Assembly: GCA_009937405.1 (NCBI GenBank)
Contig: JAACCU010000113.1
Coordinates: 1 to 53,478 of the forward strand
DNA: 53,478 bases
Origin: Actinomycetota bacterium
GTDB taxonomy: Bacteria; Actinomycetota; Acidimicrobiia; Acidimicrobiales; Aldehydirespiratoraceae
Direction: 5' to 3'
The stretch's first letter is position 1. The number at the start of each line of letters is the position of its first letter. A program made the position numbers and the translations under genes. Of the stretch, positions 45,648 to 53,478 are shown in pieces. The notes under the pieces were generated by a model. It was not told the DNA's origin. It made no database searches and worked only from the letters and a program-made list of their open reading frames with translations.

Positions 45648-47369
45648 CTAGCGTGCGGTGACGGTGCGGGTATCGCGGCCGGAGCGTAGCAAGGTGCCGG
45701 GCACGGCCCCAGTGGTGACCCCGTGCTCGACAATGGCAACACCGTTGCAAAGCACCCGTTCGATACCGTTCGAGTCAGCCACGAGCCGCGCTGATTCGCC
45801 GGGCAGGTCTGTGACCAGTTTGGCCGGTCCGCTGTCGACGGCGGCAGGATCGAGCATGACGACGTCGGCGTGGTTGCCGACCGTCAGCGTTCCGCGATCT
45901 CTCAAGCCGAAGAGTGATGCGGGGTCGCTGGTCATCAGTTGAACCGCGTGTTCGACGGTTGTGAGGCGCCGGCCATTGATGCAGTCGCCGATGAATCGGG
46001 TCGGGTATGGGGCTCCGCACATGCGGTCGAGGTGAGCGCCGGCATCCGAGCCACCGATCATTGCTCGGCCGTCACTCCAAAGCTCGGCCCGCATGCGCCA
46101 CGACTCATCGTCGTCATCTTGGGGGGTCGGCCACCAGATCGTCTGAAGACGATCGGCAATCGAAATGTCGAGGAAGGTTCCGAACGACGACATGTGGCGT
46201 TCGGCCGCGATGTCTTTGACCCGACGCCCAGAGAGGCCTTCATTCTCGTTGGAATAGGTATCGCCGACGATGTAGTCGCCCCAGTCGGCGAGCCGCCTGA
46301 ACACCCCCGCCTCGCGAGATTGGCCGTACTCGAGCAGGCGAACTCGGGTGTCTGGATCTTGGAGCCGACTGATGCGCTCATCGATGTCGGTGTTGAGCAC
46401 CTCGCCCCATCCGGGGATGAGGAACAGGCCACAGAAGTTTGCCAGCGACATATTCATCGGGACCTGCACTGGCATGGTCAGCGCGATGACCTTGCCCCCG
46501 AGTTCGATGGCCCGGTCATAGGCCTCCATCTGGCGGGGAACGCGATCGGCTTCTCGGCTGTCGACAGTGAGCACGTTCCAGTTCATCGGACGGTTGGCCG
46601 CGGCGCTCATAGTGCCGAGCAACTCGATCTCGTCGTCGTCGAATCGGTCAAGACAGCCCGGAACGATGCCTTCAAGCGTGGTGCCCTCGTGCCTGCCCGT
46701 TTCTTCAGCGAGAGCGATGAGTTCGTCAGGCGTGGCCCAGCGGCTCGCCACCGCCTCGCCCTCACCATCGGAGTGCGACGTGCTGTTGGTGAAGGAGAAG
46801 CCGAGGGCCCCCGCTTCGAGCGCCTTTGCCAGTTCGGTACGGATCTTTTCGAGATCCTCGGGGCCGGCGGCGCTTCCCACGGCCTCGCCCCCCATCACGT
46901 AGCGACGAATGGCGCAGTGGCCGGCGAGGAAGCCCGCATTCACCGAGATCTGACCGTCGAGGCGATCGAGGAAGTCGCCAAAGCTCTCCCAGTTCCAGTC
47001 CGTGCCCAACTCGAGGGCCTTCAACGGCATGCCTTCGACCCTTGCCATCATCTTGCGGAGGTAGTCGTCATCGCCAGGTCGCAACGGGGCAAGCGAGAAG
47101 CCGCAGTTGCCACCGATGACGGTGGTGACGCCGTGGATACTTGACGGGCTGGCCGTCGGGTCCCACAAGAGTTGGGCGTCATAGTGCGTGTGGGGATCGA
47201 CGAAGCCGGGGGTGACCAGCTTTCCTGTGGCGTCGGTCTCGATCGTTGCGGGTTCGGGGATCGTCCCGATGGCGGCGATCCGGCCGTCCTTGATGGCAAC
47301 ATCAGCAATCACCCCTGGGGAACCTGTCCCATCGATGACTGTTCCGCCTCGCAGCACCTCGTCGTACAT
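45648..47369 (-). CDS. N-acyl-D-amino-acid deacylase-like (D-aminoacylase family) metal amidohydrolase
   Basis: MYDEVLRGGTVIDGTGSPGVIADVAIKDGRIAAIG and GFVDPHTHYD (HxH metal motif). 573 aa. Confidence 0.75.
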   Translation of the reverse strand: MYDEVLRGGTVIDGTGSPGVIADVAIKDGRIAAIGTIPEPATIETDATGKLVTPGFVDPHTHYDAQLLWDPTASPSSIHGVTTVIGGNCGFSLAPLRPGDDDYLRKMMARVEGMPLKALELGTDWNWESFGDFLDRLDGQISVNAGFLAGHCAIRRYVMGGEAVGSAAGPEDLEKIRTELAKALEAGALGFSFTNSTSHSDGEGEAVASRWATPDELIALAEETGRHEGTTLEGIVPGCLDRFDDDEIELLGTMSAAANRPMNWNVLTVDSREADRVPRQMEAYDRAIELGGKVIALTMPVQVPMNMSLANFCGLFLIPGWGEVLNTDIDERISRLQDPDTRVRLLEYGQSREAGVFRRLADWGDYIVGDTYSNENEGLSGRRVKDIAAERHMSSFGTFLDISIADRLQTIWWPTPQDDDDESWRMRAELWSDGRAMIGGSDAGAHLDRMCGAPYPTRFIGDCINGRRLTTVEHAVQLMTSDPASLFGLRDRGTLTVGNHADVVMLDPAAVDSGPAKLVTDLPGESARLVADSNGIERVLCNGVAIVEHGVTTGAVPGTLLRSGRDTRTVTAR

Positions 47370-47432
47370 ACGTTCCTTTCACGCAATCATGCGTCGAGAC
47401 ATCCCTCGGAGCTCTCGTATCGGCCCACAGGC

Positions 47433-47459
47433 TACAATCTGACGACGCGTCAGATTGTA
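47433..47459. promoter_or_regulatory. palindromic operator-like site 12 of 13 (longest dyad)
   Basis: TACAATCTGACG-ACG-CGTCAGATTGTA, with perfect 12-bp arms (core 47438..47454). It lies 21 nt upstream of GTG 47476 and 68 nt from the minus start at 47369. Confidence 0.9.
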
Positions 47460-47475
47460 TTCCAACGGGGGACCT

Positions 47476-48936
47476 GTGGCCAAGAATTACCAACTGCTCA
47501 TCGGTGGCGAGTGGGTCGATGGCGACAACGGCACCTCTCCGGTGATCAATCCCGCAGACGAATCGGTGGTCGGCGAAGCCCCCGAAGCATCCGAGCGCCA
47601 AGCGAGCGATGCCGCCGCAGCGGCGCAGGCTGCCTTCCCGGGGTGGGCGGCGACCCCCGCGCGTGAACGCGCCGCACTGTTACATGCAGCCGCCGAGAAG
47701 CTGAAGGAACGCCGGGATCGCTTGGTGCCGTTGATCATTAGCGAGACTGGGGCAACGGCGAACGTCGGATCAAGGATGCAGGTACCCGTGGCGATAGCCC
47801 GGTTGCGCGAATACGCCGAGCTCGCAGTTCGTGACCACGACATCGCCCTGCCCCCGAATGTCACGCCGGCCACGCCGCTCGCTCCCGGTGGTCTCATCGG
47901 CGGTGTCGTTGCGCGCCACCCGGTTGGCGCGGTGGCCACAATCTCGCCCTACAACTTCCCCCTCGTAAACCAGGCGGGCAAAATCGCACCCGCGCTTGCA
48001 GCCGGGTGCACGGTTGTGATGAAACCGGCGCCCCAGGACCCATTCGCCGTCATCGAGTTGGCCGAAGTTCTCCATGAGGTCGGGATACCGGATGGTGTCG
48101 TCAACATCATCACGAGCGCCGCCCCGGAGCCTGCTGCTGCACTAAGCGAGAGCGCCAACATCGACATGGTGAGCTTCACCGGGTCGACGGGCGTCGGTAA
48201 ACGTATCTACGAGTCCGGCGCGAGCACGATGAAGCGACTCCTCCTCGAACTTGGCGGAAAGGGTGCGGCCATCGTGTGCGACGACGCCGACCTCAAGGCT
48301 GTCATCGGTGCAATCGCAAGTGTGTGGGGATTCCACAGTGGGCAGATCTGCACGGCACCAACACGAGTCATCGTCCATAAAAGTCGCGTCGACCAACTGG
48401 TTGAAGGTCTCGAGAAGGCCGCTGGCCACATGCCGGTCGGCGACCCGAATGACCCCAAGACCATCGTCGGGCCGGTCATCTCTGGCGCGCAGAGAGGTCG
48501 GATCGAGGGTTACATCGACGGCGCCGCCGCCGAGGGGGCCACGCTTGTGATTGATGGCCGACGGCCCGAGCACCTGGAGAAGGGGTTCTATGTCGGCCCC
48601 ACCCTGCTCGTTGACTGCACACCCGACATGACGATCATCAAAGAAGAAGTCTTCGGCCCGGTTGTCGCCGTTCTCACCTATGACGATGACGACGAGGCTG
48701 TGGCTCTTGCCAACGGCGGCGATTTTGGTTTGTACGACTATGTCTTCTCGGGCGACACAGGAAGGGCCTATGGCCTGGCCCGCCGGCTACGAACCGGCAA
48801 TGTTGGCGTCAACACTGCGCAACGCAACCCGAACACCGCTTTCGGCGGTTTCAAGATGAGCGGCATCGGTCGCGATGGTGCGGTGTTTGGTTTGCAGGCT
48901 TATACGGAGTTGCAGTCGATCGTGTGGCCGGCCTGA
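47476..48936 (+). CDS. NAD(P)-dependent aldehyde dehydrogenase
   Basis: GTG 47476 is preceded by GGGGGA. Motifs VAKNYQLLIGGEWV, FTGSTGVGKRI, ELGGKGAAIV and GQICTAPTR (catalytic Cys). Confidence 0.9.
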   Translation: MAKNYQLLIGGEWVDGDNGTSPVINPADESVVGEAPEASERQASDAAAAAQAAFPGWAATPARERAALLHAAAEKLKERRDRLVPLIISETGATANVGSRMQVPVAIARLREYAELAVRDHDIALPPNVTPATPLAPGGLIGGVVARHPVGAVATISPYNFPLVNQAGKIAPALAAGCTVVMKPAPQDPFAVIELAEVLHEVGIPDGVVNIITSAAPEPAAALSESANIDMVSFTGSTGVGKRIYESGASTMKRLLLELGGKGAAIVCDDADLKAVIGAIASVWGFHSGQICTAPTRVIVHKSRVDQLVEGLEKAAGHMPVGDPNDPKTIVGPVISGAQRGRIEGYIDGAAAEGATLVIDGRRPEHLEKGFYVGPTLLVDCTPDMTIIKEEVFGPVVAVLTYDDDDEAVALANGGDFGLYDYVFSGDTGRAYGLARRLRTGNVGVNTAQRNPNTAFGGFKMSGIGRDGAVFGLQAYTELQSIVWPA

Positions 48937-50132
48937 TGCCTGAGGCCTTCCTCGCCGACGTCCGCGTCATCGACATCTCGATGCTTGGCCCCGGTGCCCT
49001 CGGCGGCCATCTGGTCGACTTCGGCGCGGAGGTCATCAAGGTCGAGTCGCCCTCTGGCGAGTACATCCGATCGATGACCTGGCCGATTATCCACGACGAC
49101 CACGGGTCGAATTCTTTGCTTCACTTGCACGTGAACCGTGGGAAGAAGTCTTTGGTCCTTGACCTGAAGTCCGATGAGGGTCGAGACGCACTGGGCGAAT
49201 TGATCCGGTCAGCGGATGTGGTGATCGAGGGTATGCGTCCGGGATTCCTTGACAAGATTGGCTTTGGACCTGCTCGTTTGAAGGAACTGAAGCCCGACAT
49301 TGTCGTCTGTTCGCTGTCGGGGTACGGGGCCACTGGCCCCTACCGAAACCTGCCATCACACGGAGTTGCCTACGATGCGTGGTCCGGGGTTGTGCAGCCG
49401 GTTGTCGACGACGATGGCTTCTGTCGGATTCCGCCCCAAGCCAACGTTGGCATCACTGCCGGCCCGGCCTTTGCCGCCATGGCAATTCTGGCTGCGCTAA
49501 TCCGGGCTCGGTCCACGGGTGAACCCGCCATCATGGAAATAGCGCAGTCTGATGCGTCTGCCTACTTCGATTGGTATCGGATCGAGACCGAGCGGGCCTA
49601 CCAGCGCTCGGCGGACGAGGTGACGGGCAACGCCAGCGATGACGGAGAGCGGCGCGCCGCTGGTCTCGCGGGGATGTGGGAAGGCGTTCGCTACCAGTTT
49701 TATGCCTCGGCCGATGGCCATGTGCTTTTCATGGCCAGCGAGAAGATGTTTTGGGAAAATTTCTGTCGAGGCATAGCCCGTATGGACCTCTTTGAACGAT
49801 GGCCAGGATCCACCTATGCCGACCATGCCCGGGGCAACACCGAGCTCCACGGTCAGCTTCGCGAGATCTTCGCTACCAAGACCACGGCTGCGTGGCTCGC
49901 GTTCGCCGACGAACACAACACCACGATCGCGCCGGTGAATACCTCGGCATCAGTGATTGACGATCCCCAGTTCAACGACCGGTTCGACTGGGTCGGTGCC
50001 GGTTCCTTGGGTGCGGATCAGCTGCTCGTCCCGCTCAAGCTTGCCGGAGAGTCACTTCCGATTCCTGGTCGAGCCCCTGACCTCGGCCAGCACACCGACG
50101 AGATTCTGGACGCTCTGACCCAAGATCGCTAG
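48936..50132 (+). CDS. family III (CaiB/BaiF-type) CoA-transferase
   Basis: TGATG overlap with the ALDH stop. Motifs VRVIDISMLGPGALGGHLVDFGAEVIKVE and SLSGYGATGPY. Confidence 0.85.
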   Translation: MPEAFLADVRVIDISMLGPGALGGHLVDFGAEVIKVESPSGEYIRSMTWPIIHDDHGSNSLLHLHVNRGKKSLVLDLKSDEGRDALGELIRSADVVIEGMRPGFLDKIGFGPARLKELKPDIVVCSLSGYGATGPYRNLPSHGVAYDAWSGVVQPVVDDDGFCRIPPQANVGITAGPAFAAMAILAALIRARSTGEPAIMEIAQSDASAYFDWYRIETERAYQRSADEVTGNASDDGERRAAGLAGMWEGVRYQFYASADGHVLFMASEKMFWENFCRGIARMDLFERWPGSTYADHARGNTELHGQLREIFATKTTAAWLAFADEHNTTIAPVNTSASVIDDPQFNDRFDWVGAGSLGADQLLVPLKLAGESLPIPGRAPDLGQHTDEILDALTQDR

Positions 50133-50147
50133 GCGGCCGGTGGCGCC

Positions 50148-50633
50148 TCAGTCCGCCAAATCGCCCATACCCACGGCGCTGACGGGCCAGTTGGCGAGCG
50201 GAAGATCGAGTGGGTTTGTGCCGATCGGGGCCCCGTACCAGAGCCGGTGCTTTCGCCGCGTGAACAGCCAGTCGTCGTGTCGGCGCTCGTAGGTGTCGTG
50301 GTATTCGATCAGCTGCACGATGAGTTGACCATCGAGTTCAAGCTCGGCGCGGGTACCGACGACGCCAGTCGCATGGTCGCCATCCTCGACATCGATGACG
50401 TGGTTGGTCACGTGCAGGACTGCCATGCCAAGTGGCGCCAGTTGGCGCTCGAAGTCGGCGCGCAACGCGTCTCGACCTGTGGAATGACGCCCCACCTGGA
50501 CATCGTCGACGAACAGCTGGGCGAGCGCGGCGATGTCGTGACGCCCCATGGCGACCGCGTAGCGGCTCGCGAGTTGACGAATCTGTTCGCACGCATCGAG
50601 CCATGCGGTTTGATCAGTGTGACGCAAGGACAT
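50148..50633 (-). CDS. SnoaL-like/NTF2-fold protein
   Basis: ATG 50633 gives MSLRHTDQTAWLDACEQIRQLASRYAVAMGRHDIAALAQLFVDD, typical of SnoaL_4/NTF2-like domains. About 161 aa. Confidence 0.65.
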   Translation of the reverse strand: MSLRHTDQTAWLDACEQIRQLASRYAVAMGRHDIAALAQLFVDDVQVGRHSTGRDALRADFERQLAPLGMAVLHVTNHVIDVEDGDHATGVVGTRAELELDGQLIVQLIEYHDTYERRHDDWLFTRRKHRLWYGAPIGTNPLDLPLANWPVSAVGMGDLAD

Positions 50634-50685
50634 GGTGGCCGACTGTAGTGGCGAGACCCGGTCCGAATCCGACTGTTCGAGAAAA

Positions 50686-50702
50686 TCTGACGTAGATTCA
50701 GA
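50686..50702. promoter_or_regulatory. palindromic operator-like site 13 of 13
   Basis: TCTGACGTAGATTCAGA, which differs from site 10 at a single base. It lies 29 nt upstream of ATG 50732 and 52 nt from the minus start at 50633. Confidence 0.75.
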
Positions 50703-50731
50703 AACAGGTAGGACGAGCGGTACGAGGGCCC

Positions 50732-51955
50732 ATGGACGTTGGTGATTCTCTTGAAGAGACAGCATTCCGGGCGACCGCTCGCGCCTGGCTACTCGCGCAC
50801 GCAACGGCGCAAGGCACCAGCGTCGACACTGGGGTCCTGGCCGATCACGTACGAAAGGCCCTGGCCTGGCAGCGAACGTTGTACGAACACGGTTGGGCAG
50901 GAATTTCGTGGCCCGAAGCGTTCGGGGGCAGGGGCGAACCCGTCATTCATTCGGCGATATTCAACGAGGAGATGGCCAGCGTCGACGAAACCCTCGGTCC
51001 GCTTACTGTTGCGCTGGGGATGGTGGCGCCGACCCTCATGCGTCATGGGACGCCAGAACAGCAGATGCACCTCGCCTCGATGCTGCGAGGAGAGCAGCTG
51101 TGGTGCCAGCTCTTCTCCGAACCAGGAGCAGGCAGTGACCTCGCCGCCCTCGCAACGCGTGCTGAGCGTGATGGCGACGAATGGGTCATCAATGGTCAGA
51201 AGGTATGGACGTCGCTCGGCCAGTTCGCCGACTACGGGATTCTCTTGGCTCGTACCGATGTCAACGCGCCAAAACACGAAGGCATCACGTACTTCATCGT
51301 CGATATGACGGCGCCGGGGATCGACATACGGCCCCTCGTTCAGATGACCGGCCACGCCCACTTCAATGAGGCCTTTCTTACCGATGTGCGCATTCCGAAG
51401 GCCAATGTGGTGGGAGAGGTCGGCGAGGGTTGGAAGATTGCCCGCACCACGCTGACGTCGGAACGGGCATCCATCGCCGGGGGTGGCGCAGGATGGAGCG
51501 TGGAGGAACTGATCGACACGGCTCGGATCCAAGGGGTTGCCGACGATCCGACCATTCGTCAGGAACTCGCGCAGGCCCACATTCGATCGGTGACCCTCAA
51601 GACCCTGGGGTACCGGGTTCGCACTGCGATGTCGGCGGGGTCGATGCCAGGCCCCGAAGCGCTGGTTATGAAACTGGCGTACGCGCGACATTGGACGGCC
51701 TCGACGCAAACGGCAATGAGCATTCTTGGTGCCGACGGATTACTCGTCGACGAAACCGGCTCCGCCGAGAGCGACCGTGGCAAACAGCAGAGTTTGCGGG
51801 CCATGTGGTCCCACGTCTTTCTGAATCAATATGCGATTCGACTCGGCGGCGGCACCGACGAGGTGCAACAGAACATCATCGGCGAACTCGCACTCGGTCT
51901 CCCTCGTGAACCATCGACGGACCGTGGCGTTCCATGGAAGGATCTTCCCAAATGA
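50732..51955 (+). CDS. acyl-CoA dehydrogenase (large subunit of an adjacent pair)
   Basis: LFSEPGAGSDLAAL and GGGTDEVQQNIIGELALGLPREP. Confidence 0.9.
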   Translation: MDVGDSLEETAFRATARAWLLAHATAQGTSVDTGVLADHVRKALAWQRTLYEHGWAGISWPEAFGGRGEPVIHSAIFNEEMASVDETLGPLTVALGMVAPTLMRHGTPEQQMHLASMLRGEQLWCQLFSEPGAGSDLAALATRAERDGDEWVINGQKVWTSLGQFADYGILLARTDVNAPKHEGITYFIVDMTAPGIDIRPLVQMTGHAHFNEAFLTDVRIPKANVVGEVGEGWKIARTTLTSERASIAGGGAGWSVEELIDTARIQGVADDPTIRQELAQAHIRSVTLKTLGYRVRTAMSAGSMPGPEALVMKLAYARHWTASTQTAMSILGADGLLVDETGSAESDRGKQQSLRAMWSHVFLNQYAIRLGGGTDEVQQNIIGELALGLPREPSTDRGVPWKDLPK

Positions 51956-53067
51956 ACTTTGATCTCTCGGAGGAGCAAAGGGTTGTCAGTGACCTGGCAA
52001 GCCAGTTGTTCACCGATCTCTCGCCCACTGAACGGGTAACACAGGTAGAAGCAGGCAACGGCTTCGACGCCCAGTTGTGGCGAGCGCTCGGCGAGGCGGG
52101 TCTTCTCTCGCTCTGTCTGCCCGAATCTGTTGACGGAAGTGGGATGGGCATGGTCGGACTGGCGCTGATGTGCGAATCGCAGGGGCGCAATGTCGCGCCG
52201 GTTCCGCTCGCATCGGCGGTGGTTGCGGCCATGACCGTCGCTGAGTATCTCAGCGCCGTCCCCGCCGCCAGAGCTGTGCTCCACGAGATGGCGGCCGGTC
52301 GGGGCGTGCTCACCGCGGCGATCGCCGAAGTGGGGGTCAACGACCCTTTGAACCCGACCGTGATGGCCACCCAAGTGCCTGGTGGGATCAAGCTCAGTGG
52401 CGAGAAGCCGGCGGTAGTGGCGCTTCCGCTCGCTCAGATGGTCTTGGTGCCAGCGGTTCGCGATGGCTCGGTGATCATTGCTGCAGTCGACGCATCCTCT
52501 GACGGGGTGTTCATTGACGAGTTGTCGACAAGCAGCCACGAGCCGCAAGGTCATCTCCGACTCGACGATTGTGTGGTGCCCGATGAACTAGTGATCGCCG
52601 ATCCGGCTGCCCTCGAAATGCTGTTTCAACGAAGCCTCGTCGCCATGAGCGCGGTCCAGTTGGGCATCGGCCAGGGAGCGGTGACGCATGCTGCGACTCA
52701 CGTTTCTGAACGGCATCAGTTCGATCGTCCACTGTCCGCGTTTCAGGCGGTGTCGCAACGCGCTGCTGACGGCTACATCCTCAACGAGGTGATTCGTTCG
52801 ACGGTGTTGAACGCGGCCTGGCAGCTTGATCATCACACAGCTGATTCGCTCACGGATGTTCTCATCGCCGCCTACTGGGCGAATGAAGGAACTCAGCGAG
52901 TCGTCCTGGGAGCGCAACACCTGCATGGAGGCATTGGCGCTGACGTCGATTATCCCGTTCACCGGCACTTTCTCTGGGGCATGCAGAATGCGTCGATTCT
53001 TGGTAGTGCCAGCGCCCATCTCGCACGTCTCGGCACGCATTTGGCCGACGTGTCCTCTGCCCCATGA
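51952..53067 (+). CDS. acyl-CoA dehydrogenase family protein (partner subunit)
   Basis: ATGA overlap with the upstream ACAD. Motifs ERHQFDRPLSAFQAVSQRAADGY and HGGIGADVDYPVHRHFLW. Confidence 0.85.
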   Translation: MNFDLSEEQRVVSDLASQLFTDLSPTERVTQVEAGNGFDAQLWRALGEAGLLSLCLPESVDGSGMGMVGLALMCESQGRNVAPVPLASAVVAAMTVAEYLSAVPAARAVLHEMAAGRGVLTAAIAEVGVNDPLNPTVMATQVPGGIKLSGEKPAVVALPLAQMVLVPAVRDGSVIIAAVDASSDGVFIDELSTSSHEPQGHLRLDDCVVPDELVIADPAALEMLFQRSLVAMSAVQLGIGQGAVTHAATHVSERHQFDRPLSAFQAVSQRAADGYILNEVIRSTVLNAAWQLDHHTADSLTDVLIAAYWANEGTQRVVLGAQHLHGGIGADVDYPVHRHFLWGMQNASILGSASAHLARLGTHLADVSSAP

Positions 53068-53478
53068 GCGAGCGTCTCCGCTTGCTTGGCGAAGGCCGCA
53101 TCGGCCCACTCGCGCTCCGTAACCGGATTGTGCTTCCGGCCATGGATCAGAACCTGTGTGTTGAGGGTGAGCTGACGGAGGCAAACCTCTCTCACTATGA
53201 GGAGCGTGCCGCAGCGGGCGTCGGCCTCTTGATTGTTGAGACCTCCGCGGTGATGTGGCCCGTGGGCGCCACATCGAGACGCCAGCCGTCGCTATCGACG
53301 GATGCCTGCATCCCTGGTTTCACCGAGTTGGCGAAGCGAGTCCACGCCCATGGCGCCAAGGTCGTGGTGCAGATGTGCCACCACGGCAAGACCGCGCTAG
53401 TCGATACCGCTGCTGGTCGGGACCGGTTGGTTCCCAGCGCTCCGGTACCTCCGACCGATATGCGTGGGTACATTCGCG
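53064..53478 (+). CDS. Old-Yellow-Enzyme-family NADH:flavin oxidoreductase (2,4-dienoyl-CoA-reductase-like); 3' end outside window
   Basis: It is absent from the ORF track because no stop is reached. An ATGA overlap at 53064 gives MSERLRLLGEGRIGPLALRNRIVLPAMDQNL...LIVETSAV...HAHGAKVVVQMCHHGK. Confidence 0.75.
   Translation, partial: MSERLRLLGEGRIGPLALRNRIVLPAMDQNLCVEGELTEANLSHYEERAAAGVGLLIVETSAVMWPVGATSRRQPSLSTDACIPGFTELAKRVHAHGAKVVVQMCHHGKTALVDTAAGRDRLVPSAPVPPTDMRGYIR

Noticed and set aside
45939-47144. 401-aa plus-strand ORF opposite the D-aminoacylase-like gene.
   Set aside because: It has no motifs and would have no promoter or operator of its own. The minus-strand product is a full-length conserved amidohydrolase.

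Overview
High-GC, actinobacterium-like chromosomal DNA that is almost entirely coding. It holds about 50 tightly packed protein genes, many with 1-11 nt start/stop overlaps. I saw no rRNA, tRNA, CRISPR array, IS element or integrase. The left edge (1-3.3 kb) carries a solute-binding protein truncated by the window, an M28-like hypothetical and a TauD-family dioxygenase. It is closed by the only clear hairpin terminator (3345-3376). From 3.4 kb to the right edge lies one very large CoA-thioester catabolic island. It contains 6 acyl-CoA dehydrogenases (two adjacent pairs), 3 crotonase-type enoyl-CoA hydratases plus MaoC/hotdog hydratases, and 3 true thiolases plus a Cys-less Ltp2-like thiolase-fold protein. 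It also contains 4 AMP-forming acyl-CoA synthetases, 2 family-III CoA-transferases, 6 SDRs (three of the MFE-2/17beta-HSD4 type), 3 luciferase-like oxidoreductases, a Baeyer-Villiger monooxygenase and several metal-hydrolase-fold proteins. An echA-ipdA-ipdB-ipdC-like block sits in the same order as the mycobacterial steroid C/D-ring (HIP) genes. The strongest signal not explained by genes is a 17-bp dyad, TCTGAC-N5-GTCAGA. It occurs 13 times and occupies every promoter-capable intergenic gap between 3.9 and 50.7 kb. This ties about 47 genes (about 22 transcription units) into one putative regulon. The only regulator in the window is a TetR-family gene (37748-38407), at the end of an operon headed by one of the best sites. 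Two conserved genes that sit first after an operator carry single in-frame stop codons (TAA 15492, TAG 28203). All family calls come from motifs and recalled homologies read by eye; no database search or computation was possible.
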